A stretch of 64,000 nt of DNA from Patescibacteria group bacterium (GTDB lineage Bacteria > Patescibacteriota > Patescibacteriia > JAHJFT01). Numbering within the stretch: the stretch's first letter is position 1; every line of letters begins with the position of its first letter. The translations under genes and the position numbers were made by a program. The notes under the pieces are model-generated. The model was given only the letters and a program-made list of their open reading frames with translations, was not told the DNA's origin and searched no databases. The DNA lies in NCBI GenBank assembly GCA_028710985.1, contig JAQTTB010000001.1:655073-719072 (forward strand), read 5' to 3'. Below are positions 36,774 to 45,098 of this stretch, one piece after another.

Positions 36774-37670
36774 CTATTCGGGGTCGGCTTCGCCTAGGCA
36801 GTGCTTGCGTAGGTAGGCGAGAAGGTCTTGCAATGCGGCCGGTGATGCTGCCCGTGACACTACTTTATCGTCGGCTTCAATTATCAGCTTCCTGACGCTG
36901 TCCTTGTCGCCGCGTGCATGAGCCGCGAGAACACCATCCATCCATCCGGTAAAAGAAAATGGAAATACTTCTCCGCAGCTTTTCATGGTGGTGTATATCA
37001 GACCGAATGTGATGGGATCCAGCGGAATCACGCCCGGCTTGGGCTCGGCCTTGGTCATCTGGTTCAGCAGGTCGTACAGGATGTCGGTGATTTTCGCGGC
37101 ATCCTTGTATGGTGTCGATGACGTATCCCAATACCGGGGGTTTACCTTCGGTAAGAACTCGGCTAATATCTCATCTCGATGCCATGGATGGCCGCACAAG
37201 GCGGTATCGAGGATGGCGCAGAGTCCGTCCATGAAACGAATCTTCAGTTCCTTGTCCCTCTGATCATTGATGGTTAATACGATCTTGAGAAGGTCGCGGA
37301 GCGGGATGTGGCCGGCCGGTGCAGACGGGTTGGCCGCCACGGCAGTTTCCGTCCCGGGGAAGCGTCCGATGGCGTTGAAGATCTTCTGGAGCAGGGCGGC
37401 GGGGATCGGATCGCCCTTGTGCGCGCCCTCGCGTGAGACCAGATTCTCATCCTGGTCGGTGTCAACGGCGAGCCGGTTCTCAACCGACTTCCGGTCGCCG
37501 ACCATGAACTCGGCGATGGAGATTTCCACCTTGTCGCGGTTGCCCTGGCGGCTTCCGCTCTTGGTGACGCGGAAGTAAGGATTGCCCTGGGCGTCGCAGT
37601 TTTCCTTTGAAACCTGCAGGGCATAGAGACGGGCGGTCTCTTCGGGGTTGAGGTCGATTCTCAAAAACAT
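36774..37670 (-). CDS. Hypothetical protein, paralog 1 of a tandem pair
   Basis: 298 aa. The C-terminal ~90 aa align with the 37874-38512 product (AEPKPGVIPLDP ... AYLRKHCLGE versus AEPKPTAIPLTAD ... AHLRKHCLGE). GC-rich. Confidence 0.55.
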   Translation of the reverse strand: MFLRIDLNPEETARLYALQVSKENCDAQGNPYFRVTKSGSRQGNRDKVEISIAEFMVGDRKSVENRLAVDTDQDENLVSREGAHKGDPIPAALLQKIFNAIGRFPGTETAVAANPSAPAGHIPLRDLLKIVLTINDQRDKELKIRFMDGLCAILDTALCGHPWHRDEILAEFLPKVNPRYWDTSSTPYKDAAKITDILYDLLNQMTKAEPKPGVIPLDPITFGLIYTTMKSCGEVFPFSFTGWMDGVLAAHARGDKDSVRKLIIEADDKVVSRAASPAALQDLLAYLRKHCLGEADPE

Positions 37671-37873
37671 GGGCTCCTCCTTGCCTGGCCGACCGTTGAG
37701 CGACTGCCCAAAGGTCCCGACACTGCGGGACAGGCCAAGACATTACAATCTAGCAATAAACTTGATGTTTGTCAATATATGGGTGGGGTGCTAATAAACC
37801 TCGCCGCGTGGTAAATAAAAAAATCCGGCCCAAGGGGGTCGGAAGTGTGGAAGGGAGAAGGAGCGATGATTAG

Positions 37874-38512
37874 CTATGTGGTTTTGCCGGGCATGGGTTC
37901 GGCGGGCGTCTCGGTCTCGCCCAGGCAGTGCTTGCGCAGGTGGGCGACGATCAGTTTGAAATAGAGATCATCCTTCAGCTCGCTGTTCAGAGCACCGGCC
38001 CGATCTAACTGAAGGCGCAGGTCAGGGTCATTCTCGTAATAGCGTACAATGATTCCAACCAGCCAAGCCCCAAAAGTATGGGGATGATACTCGAGCGGCA
38101 GTGTGCTGATGGCGTGAAGCGCGCGTACGAAGTCAGCGGTGAGCGGAATAGCAGTCGGCTTGGGCTCGGCCGTGGCCGCGTTTTCGTCCGCCACGGATTC
38201 TGGAAAGATATCCAGCGCGTCAGCGAGCTTGCGCCAGTATACGGGCGGAAGCGGCTTGAAGAGCATGACTTCCTTATCTTCCTCCCGATACCCGACCGCC
38301 AGCTCTAAGGTGACTGAGTATTCCAGAAGTTTGCCCCTCTTCACGCTTAGAACGTCCACGAACTTGGTTAATGGGAAGTTATATTCGCTGAAGCTCTTTC
38401 CGGCCGGCGCGGGCGGCTCTCGGTTCATGGCCATGTCCACGAATTTGAGAAGCTCGGCCAGCTGTTTGCCCGTGAGTTCCTTTTTAACGATCATGGTTTC
38501 TCCGTCTGGCAT
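37874..38512 (-). CDS. Hypothetical protein, paralog 2 of a tandem pair
   Basis: 212 aa, homologous over its full length to 36774-37670. It has the same promoter-like upstream motif and a terminator paralogous to that of paralog 1. Confidence 0.55.
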   Translation of the reverse strand: MPDGETMIVKKELTGKQLAELLKFVDMAMNREPPAPAGKSFSEYNFPLTKFVDVLSVKRGKLLEYSVTLELAVGYREEDKEVMLFKPLPPVYWRKLADALDIFPESVADENAATAEPKPTAIPLTADFVRALHAISTLPLEYHPHTFGAWLVGIIVRYYENDPDLRLQLDRAGALNSELKDDLYFKLIVAHLRKHCLGETETPAEPMPGKTT

Positions 38513-38589
38513 TTCATGGACACCGTCCAGGGTTCCGATACCATCGGAACAGGCCAGAATAGGTAAACATTAAAATAAACCTTGATTTT

Positions 38590-38705
38590 TGTCAAGAAAT
38601 AAGCTAAAATATCGAATGTCCAATGCCTGAATGTCTAATGTCTAACCCGATTAATTATTGAGTCATTGGGCATTATTTAGGCATTCGCTATTAGGCATTA
38701 GTCAT
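38590..38705. repeat. Imperfect palindrome built from aatgtc/taggcatt units
   Basis: gaatgtccaatgcctgaatgtctaatgtctaa ... cattgggcattatttaggcattcgctattaggcatt; the left half is close to the reverse complement of the right half. Confidence 0.5.
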
Positions 38706-38707
38706 TT

Positions 38708-39835
38708 ATGAAAGTTTGGGTCGAAATTATCAAAAACAACCTCATATACAATCTCCAAACCTTTCGGTCAATTATTGGTCCCAAGGTTGCTTTAATGTCC
38801 GTGGTTAAATCCAATGCCTACGGCCATGGCATGATTGAAGTTGCAAAAATCGCCGAACCGCACGCCGACTGGTTTGGCGTTGATTCAATTGACGAAGCCT
38901 TGGCCCTCAAAGCCGCCGGTATTGCTAAGCCCATTTTGATTCTCGGTTACACCATGAATGGCCGCTTGACCGATGTGGTTGAAAACGGATTTGCGCAAAC
39001 GGTTTACAACCGGGACACAATCAAAAATCTCGGAGAACTTTCGAAAAAAATAAATAAAAAAGTAAATCTGCATTTTAAAATTGAAACTGGTACTTCCCGG
39101 CAGGGGATTGGGGAGACGGATCTCATGGATCGGATCGCGATTGTCAAACAATATTCCAATCTCGTGATTCAGGGATTGTCCACGCATTACGCCAACATCG
39201 AAGATACAACGGATCACAGCTTTGCGAAGTCGCAGCTGGAAAAATTCAATGACGCAATAAAAAAATTATCCGAACAGGGGATTGAGGTGCCGATGAAGCA
39301 TACGGCCTGTTCGGCGGCCACGATTTTATTTCCGGAGACGCATTTTGACCTGGTGCGCGTCGGCATTTCCCAGTACGGCCTGTGGTCGTCCAAGGAAACA
39401 TTTGTGTCCGCGAACGGCGAGGCCCGGAAAATCGATTTAAAGCCGGTTTTAACCTGGAAAACCGTGGTTAGCCAGGTAAAGAGCGTGCCCGTCAGTACGC
39501 CCGTCGGCTACGGCCTGACCGAAAAAGTAAGCCGGGATTCGCGCCTCGCGGTTCTGCCCATTGGCTACTGGGACGGCTTTGACCGCCGTCTATCCAGCGT
39601 GGGCAATGTTTTGATCCGCGGCAAGCGCTGCAAAGTCCTTGGCCGCGTCTGCATGAATATGATCATCGTTGATGCCACCGATCTGCCGGAAATTAAGGCT
39701 GAAGACGAAGTCGTTCTGATCGGCCGCCAGGGCAGCGAAGAAATCACGGCCGATGAAATGGCGCAAAAAATCAGCTCAATCAACTACGAAGTGGTCACTA
39801 GAATTAATCCGTTGATTAAAAGAAAAATCGTTTAA
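38708..39835 (+). CDS. alr: Alanine racemase
   Basis: PLP-lysine motif VVKSNAYGHG and the two-domain TIM-barrel plus beta architecture. 375 aa. Confidence 0.9.
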   Translation: MKVWVEIIKNNLIYNLQTFRSIIGPKVALMSVVKSNAYGHGMIEVAKIAEPHADWFGVDSIDEALALKAAGIAKPILILGYTMNGRLTDVVENGFAQTVYNRDTIKNLGELSKKINKKVNLHFKIETGTSRQGIGETDLMDRIAIVKQYSNLVIQGLSTHYANIEDTTDHSFAKSQLEKFNDAIKKLSEQGIEVPMKHTACSAATILFPETHFDLVRVGISQYGLWSSKETFVSANGEARKIDLKPVLTWKTVVSQVKSVPVSTPVGYGLTEKVSRDSRLAVLPIGYWDGFDRRLSSVGNVLIRGKRCKVLGRVCMNMIIVDATDLPEIKAEDEVVLIGRQGSEEITADEMAQKISSINYEVVTRINPLIKRKIV

Positions 39836-39876
39836 ATATTGCGCTAGATTCTATATTCTAGATTCTAATTATAACC

Positions 39877-40806
39877 ATGATAAAGGACTTTAAAGTCGCA
39901 AAGCATTTCAAAAAACACCGCCTTCTTGATCATTCGCGCCGCGTTGGCCGTTACAAAAATCCGCTTTTTGCCCAGCGCGCCGACCAGATTTTAAAATTGC
40001 GCAAGGTTAAAAAGCGCATCATCATTGTCGCGGTTATTGTCGCGGTTTGCGCTCTGTTTTATTTTTTTATCATCGGGCCGTATTTTTATATATCAAAAGT
40101 ATCGGTTGAGGGAATCAATACTATCAAGGGCCAGGAACTCCAGAAATTGGTTGAAGAATTTTTAAACACGCGCCGTTATTTAGTTTTGCCAAATCAGAAT
40201 ATTTTATTTATGGACACTGGTCGCCTGCGTCGCGAGATAGGGGAGAACTACGTGTTGGATGATTTAAAAATAAAGAGGAAATTACCAAATGAATTAATAT
40301 TGCAGATTCAGGAACGTGCGTCAGACTCCATTCTGTCTATTGGCGGAAATTATTATTATTTGGATTCCCGTGGTATTATTTTGCGACGCTTGAGTGAGGC
40401 AGAGATTTATCCCGGTCTTTCGGCCGGTCCGTTTAGCGGAGACCTGCCGGAATTCAAAAATATTATTGACGAAAGAACTTTGCCGTTAATCTATGTATTG
40501 ACTCCAGGCGATGTACAGATTGGCCAGCAGTTCATGAATTTTGAATGTTACGACAAAATACTCGGATCTCAGTATATTCTGACCATGAACACGCCATATA
40601 CCATTAAATATTTTAAAATAAACGATTTAAACGTCAGGTGGTTCAAGCTGGTAACCGTCGATGGTTGGGAAATACATCTTGATTTGGACAAGAATTTGCA
40701 AACGCAGATTGTAAAAGTTTACACTTTTATAAAGGAAGAAAAATTAAATCCGTCCGATTATCAATATTTCAATGCGCGTTATGAAGATAAGATATATTAT
40801 AAGTAG
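39877..40806 (+). CDS. FtsQ/DivIB-like cell-division protein (POTRA domain)
   Basis: Single N-terminal transmembrane helix followed by a POTRA-like pattern (ISKVSVEGINTIKGQEL ... NILFMD ... ELILQIQER). Confidence 0.5.
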   Translation: MIKDFKVAKHFKKHRLLDHSRRVGRYKNPLFAQRADQILKLRKVKKRIIIVAVIVAVCALFYFFIIGPYFYISKVSVEGINTIKGQELQKLVEEFLNTRRYLVLPNQNILFMDTGRLRREIGENYVLDDLKIKRKLPNELILQIQERASDSILSIGGNYYYLDSRGIILRRLSEAEIYPGLSAGPFSGDLPEFKNIIDERTLPLIYVLTPGDVQIGQQFMNFECYDKILGSQYILTMNTPYTIKYFKINDLNVRWFKLVTVDGWEIHLDLDKNLQTQIVKVYTFIKEEKLNPSDYQYFNARYEDKIYYK

Positions 40807-40875
40807 GGTTTTGATAGGTATATAGTGTCGCATAAGATACATTGTGCGACGCTAGATATATGTAAAAACAATACA

Positions 40876-40913
40876 AAATACGGCCTCCCCTCGCGGGTAC
40901 GGCCGTATTTTTT
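40876..40913. terminator. Bidirectional intrinsic terminator between convergent genes
   Basis: aaaatacggcc-tcccctcgcgggt-acggccgtatttttt, with an A-run and a T-run on either side of the hairpin. Confidence 0.65.
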
Positions 40914-40926
40914 ATTTGAAAACAAT

Positions 40927-42198
40927 CTATTGATTAATCAAATAATCCAGCGGATTTGTCGGGATTCCGTTTTTGCGAACTTCAAAGTGCAAATGCGGTC
41001 CGGTTGAGAGTCCGGCGCCCGGTGTGCCGGGCATTCCCCCGGAAAGGCCGATTATGTCTCCCCTCTCCACGAATTCATCAACCTTAACACTAATCTTTGA
41101 AAAATGTCCGTAAACCGTGGAAATGCCATTGGCATGAAGAATCATGACAAAGTTGCCGTACATTTTGCCCTGCTTGGCCCAGACAACATATCCCGGGGCC
41201 GCAGCGGCCACCGGAGTCCCCTGGTACACGCGCAAATCAATGCCTGAGTGTTCAAACAAATAACGGAACGGATAAGTCGGGTCATGAAAATATGCGGTTA
41301 TGCCGCGTGCCGGACTCACCGGCCAGGAAAGCAGCGTGTCCGCTCCGCCGGAAAAAGCCTTATCCATGGCTTCTATCTTTTCGCGGAGAGTATCTTCAAG
41401 CGAAGAAACCTGATTATCAATATATTGTTTTTCCTGTCGGATGTTATTCAGCAATTCGCGGTACATGCTCTCGGATGATTGAGTATCCTCAATAAGAATA
41501 TTTTTCAGATTAAACTCTTCAAAAAGACTTTCCTGATTAAGTTCAAGTTGGATTTTTGATGCTTCGAGCTGAGTTTTTTTAGTCTCGCGAAGTGACCGCT
41601 TGGTTTCAAGATCGGTTTTCAGGCCTTTGATTTCCTCAACCGATGTCTGTAAATCGGCCTGGATGTCTTCCAGATACTTAATTTGATCAAAAAATTCGGA
41701 AAATGAATCATTCGCCAGCAGCACCTCGAGATATGTGCGCTGGTCCAGCTTGTTAATCCGTTGGATCAGTTTAGTGAGAGACTCTTTTTGTTTTGATATC
41801 AATTCTTCTTTTTCGGCAATTTGCTTTTCTAACAGCGAAAGCTCCAGGTTGATTCCTTCAAGTTCGGTTTTAACGATTTGAATATCCAATTCGGCCTTGG
41901 CAATGCGATTCTCGACCATTTCCATCTGTTCTTGCAATGAAGATATTTCCGACTGCTTGGATACGATTTTTTGCTTGTAAATTTCCATCTGCTGAGACAG
42001 ATTGTCAACAAGGTCCTGCTTTTCCTTCACCTGCTCGTTGAGAGCCTCGATTTCATCCTTGTTCGGCGATGATCCTTCTTCGCTCGATATGCTCACTACG
42101 CCATTCTGCGCGAATGCCTGATTGAAATCAACAAAAATTAAAACCGCTGCGATTATCAAAATCAGGCATTTATAATATTTTGAATGGATTCTTTTCAT
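40927..42198 (-). CDS. M23-family peptidoglycan metalloendopeptidase with an N-terminal coiled-coil (EnvC-like)
   Basis: Signal or transmembrane segment, a long coiled-coil, and C-terminal M23 motifs HSGIDL ... HLHFEV. Confidence 0.8.
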   Translation of the reverse strand: MKRIHSKYYKCLILIIAAVLIFVDFNQAFAQNGVVSISSEEGSSPNKDEIEALNEQVKEKQDLVDNLSQQMEIYKQKIVSKQSEISSLQEQMEMVENRIAKAELDIQIVKTELEGINLELSLLEKQIAEKEELISKQKESLTKLIQRINKLDQRTYLEVLLANDSFSEFFDQIKYLEDIQADLQTSVEEIKGLKTDLETKRSLRETKKTQLEASKIQLELNQESLFEEFNLKNILIEDTQSSESMYRELLNNIRQEKQYIDNQVSSLEDTLREKIEAMDKAFSGGADTLLSWPVSPARGITAYFHDPTYPFRYLFEHSGIDLRVYQGTPVAAAAPGYVVWAKQGKMYGNFVMILHANGISTVYGHFSKISVKVDEFVERGDIIGLSGGMPGTPGAGLSTGPHLHFEVRKNGIPTNPLDYLINQ

Positions 42199-43697
42199 GA
42201 TTCAAGTTTAGAGATCGCTTCCTGGATGCGCTGCAATGAAATTTTTTTGCCCAGTATTTCGGCGATGTTAAACGGCGGTGGTGATTTTTCAAGTCCAGAG
42301 AGAGCTACCCTCATCGGCCAAAGCACAGGGCCGTTTTGGAGATTGTTTTGCATAATCCAATCTTTGATTGTCTGCTCCAGGTTCTCGGCAATAAATTCGT
42401 CTTCGGGTATGGGTTCCATTAGAGCGAGCAGACCGCGCAGATTTTCAGCGGCTTCGAGCGGGGTCATTTTTTTCCAAACGAGCAGTTCTTTATCATAGTG
42501 TAGCGATTTTTTGAAGAAAAGCCCAGAATCATCGGCAATGTCTTTGAGCGTATTCGCGCGTTCGCGCATGAGCATGACAATCTTCGCGAGCCAGTCAAGT
42601 TTTTCTTCGGCCTCCGGGGCGTCAATCAGCTGATTTGCGATAAAATACGGGACGCACAGGCGCGTCAGTTCCATGGGGTCTTTTCCGCGGATATAGTGGT
42701 TATTGAGCCAGTTGAGTTTTTCCACGTTGAATACCGCGCCGGATTTATTGATGTTCCGGAGATCAAATCGTTTCATAAGTTCAATCCGCGGATATATTTC
42801 GCGCTCTGAACTCGGATTCCAGCCGAGCAGAGCCACGAAGTTTATGATTGCCTCGGGCAGATAGCCGTTTTTTGCATAATCGCTCACCGCCACGTCTCCC
42901 TGGCGCTTGGAGAGCTTGCTACGGTCGGGATTTAACAGCAGCGGCAGATGCGCGAATTGCGGCGGTTTCCAGCCGAATGCCTTGTACAGAAGAATATGTT
43001 TGGGCGTGGACGGCATCCACTCATCCCCGCGGATCACGTGCGTGATGCGCATGAGATAATCATCAATCACATTGGCCAGATGATAGGTCGGAAAGCCGTC
43101 GGATTTTATAAGTACCTGATCATCAAGTTCGGAGTTTTTAAATTCAATGTCGCCGTGGATAATGTCATTAAATTTAGTCGTCCCCTGCTCCGGCACGCGG
43201 AGACGGATGACGTGCGGAATATTTTGTTTCAATTTTGCATCCACGTCCGCGGCCTTGAGGTCGCGGCAAAGTCCGTCATATCTCGGCGGCTGTTTTTTTT
43301 GGATTTGATCTTCGCGCATTGCCCGTAAACGGTCTTCAGTGCAAAAGCAATAATATGCCCTGCCTTGGGCAATCAGATCCTGGGCATGCCTTTTATATAA
43401 ATCAAGGCGTTCCGACTGGCGATAAGGCCCGAATTTGCCGGTTTGATCAACCTCGCCGTCACGAAGCACCATTCCTTCGTCAGGCATGAGATCGGCCCAC
43501 CCAAGGCTCTCCAAAATATTTTTTTCGCCGCCGGCCACGGTCCGCGTCTGATCCGTATCCTCAATTCTGAGAATAAACGTTCCCCCGCTGCGCCGCGCGA
43601 AAAGCCAGTTATAAAGCGCGGTGCGCAGGCTGCCAATATGAAGAAGACCGGTCGGACTGGGCGCGAATCTGACCCTTACTTTTTTCTTGAAAAACAT
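42195..43697 (-). CDS. gltX: Glutamyl-tRNA synthetase
   Basis: FAPSPTGLLHIG (HIGH) and KLSKR (KMSKS) motifs. 500 aa. Confidence 0.9.
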   Translation of the reverse strand: MFFKKKVRVRFAPSPTGLLHIGSLRTALYNWLFARRSGGTFILRIEDTDQTRTVAGGEKNILESLGWADLMPDEGMVLRDGEVDQTGKFGPYRQSERLDLYKRHAQDLIAQGRAYYCFCTEDRLRAMREDQIQKKQPPRYDGLCRDLKAADVDAKLKQNIPHVIRLRVPEQGTTKFNDIIHGDIEFKNSELDDQVLIKSDGFPTYHLANVIDDYLMRITHVIRGDEWMPSTPKHILLYKAFGWKPPQFAHLPLLLNPDRSKLSKRQGDVAVSDYAKNGYLPEAIINFVALLGWNPSSEREIYPRIELMKRFDLRNINKSGAVFNVEKLNWLNNHYIRGKDPMELTRLCVPYFIANQLIDAPEAEEKLDWLAKIVMLMRERANTLKDIADDSGLFFKKSLHYDKELLVWKKMTPLEAAENLRGLLALMEPIPEDEFIAENLEQTIKDWIMQNNLQNGPVLWPMRVALSGLEKSPPPFNIAEILGKKISLQRIQEAISKLES

Positions 43698-44440
43698 AAT
43701 CTTGTTTTTATAACTAAATAGGTGAAGATAATTATGGCTTTATAAATTCGCGGCAGACGGATCATGGGCTCTTGGGCGAGCCGCCAGAGCCATTCCAGGC
43801 CGGTTTTGCGCATTATTTTCGGCGCTCTTCTTATTCTACCGCAAATAAAGTCAAAAGTCCCGCCCACGCCGATTGCGAGCTTAACCGACGGCAGGCGTGC
43901 CTTAAAATCGTTAATGAATTTTTCCTGCCACGGGTGCCCCCGTCCGATTATTAGTATACTCGGATTTGCGGATGCGATTTTTTCAATCAGCCCAGTCTCA
44001 ATCTCCCACTCACCTGCAAATTTCGCGAGCCGTCCGCCCGACTCGGCTCCGCAGATGTTAATTCCCGGAAAAGTGTCTTTGATAATTTCGGCAGTTCGTT
44101 TGGCGATTCCCGGCAGTCCGCCGAGCAAAAAAACCGGCTGATTTCGTTTTTTCGCGAGTTCCAAAATGTCCCAAACCAGATCCGCGCCGGAAACGCGGTT
44201 GATTTTGCCAAGTCCCAGAATCGTGGCGGCCATAATTATGCCGAATCCGTCGCTCACCGCAATATCCGCGCGGTTTAAAATATCGCGGAATTCGGTGTCG
44301 TTCTGCGCGTCAACAATCATTTCCGGATTCGGAGTGACGATATAGTGAAATCCAGTGGAAGTCAAAAAGCTTTCCGTCTTGCTGATCAGCGCGTCGCGCT
44401 CGAGATTATCAAGATTAATGCCAAGAATATTAATTTTCAT
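43676..44440 (-). CDS. WecB/TagA/CpsF-family glycosyltransferase
   Basis: 254 aa with a family pattern resembling N-acetylmannosaminyltransferase. Confidence 0.75.
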   Translation of the reverse strand: MKINILGINLDNLERDALISKTESFLTSTGFHYIVTPNPEMIVDAQNDTEFRDILNRADIAVSDGFGIIMAATILGLGKINRVSGADLVWDILELAKKRNQPVFLLGGLPGIAKRTAEIIKDTFPGINICGAESGGRLAKFAGEWEIETGLIEKIASANPSILIIGRGHPWQEKFINDFKARLPSVKLAIGVGGTFDFICGRIRRAPKIMRKTGLEWLWRLAQEPMIRLPRIYKAIIIFTYLVIKTRLCFSRKK

Positions 44441-44984
44441 GTTTCAGTTCAAAACTTTTTATAATCGTGTATTCCGCGCCGTCTGCCTCAAGATTGCTCT
44501 GCATTAGTTCAAAGCTCCGGACCGTCCACGCGAGCCCGGGAACTTCCGGCAGATCCAAATTGAGCCGTGTGCCGGAATCTTTGTTGCGTGCCACGGTCAG
44601 GTGAGTCCGCCACGGCCGGCGGTCAATTTCAAATCCGGCCCGTTCAAGCTGGCGGCCGATTTCGGTTTGTATGTCGGCAAGAGAATTTTCAGTTCCAAGG
44701 CCGATGAATACAACGCGCGGGAATTCAAGATCCGGAAACCCGCCCCAATCCCCTGTCTGTATTTTTGAGCCGCTAAATTGACCGGCGGCATGTTCGCCGA
44801 TCTTGATAATTCTTTCAATGTCATCCTGCTCCAGTTCGCCTAAAAAATGCAGAGTCAGGTGCACGGATTGCGGCTTAACCCAGCGCAGACCGGGAAAATC
44901 ATTGTCTTCGCGCGCCCTTGTCAGAATCGGAGCCAATTCACGCTTGATTTCATCCGGCAAATTAATGGCCAAAAATACTCTCAT
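44430..44984 (-). CDS. thpR: RNA 2',3'-cyclic phosphodiesterase (2H family, LigT/ThpR)
   Basis: Two HxT/S motifs (HLTLHF and HLTVAR). The start was placed at MRVFLAINLP. Confidence 0.7.
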   Translation of the reverse strand: MRVFLAINLPDEIKRELAPILTRAREDNDFPGLRWVKPQSVHLTLHFLGELEQDDIERIIKIGEHAAGQFSGSKIQTGDWGGFPDLEFPRVVFIGLGTENSLADIQTEIGRQLERAGFEIDRRPWRTHLTVARNKDSGTRLNLDLPEVPGLAWTVRSFELMQSNLEADGAEYTIIKSFELKHEN

Positions 44985-45014
44985 ACAGGCATATTTTAGC
45001 AAAAATAAACGGGT

Positions 45015-45043
45015 TTGACAATATAAAAAGTTTATATTATAGT
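45015..45043 (+). promoter_or_regulatory. Sigma70-type promoter of clpB
   Basis: TTGACA (45015-45020), 17-nt spacer, TATAGT (45038-45043). Confidence 0.55.
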
Positions 45044-45047
45044 GGAT

Positions 45048-45074
45048 TTAGCACTCTAACGCTCTAACTGCTAA
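45048..45074 (+). promoter_or_regulatory. CIRCE-like inverted repeat (candidate HrcA operator) overlapping the clpB transcription start
   Basis: TTAGCACTC-N9-AACTGCTAA against the CIRCE consensus TTAGCACTC-N9-GAGTGCTAA. The left half is perfect and the right half matches 6 of 9. Confidence 0.45.
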
Positions 45075-45098
45075 AAATTAACCATCTATTTTTTTGCT

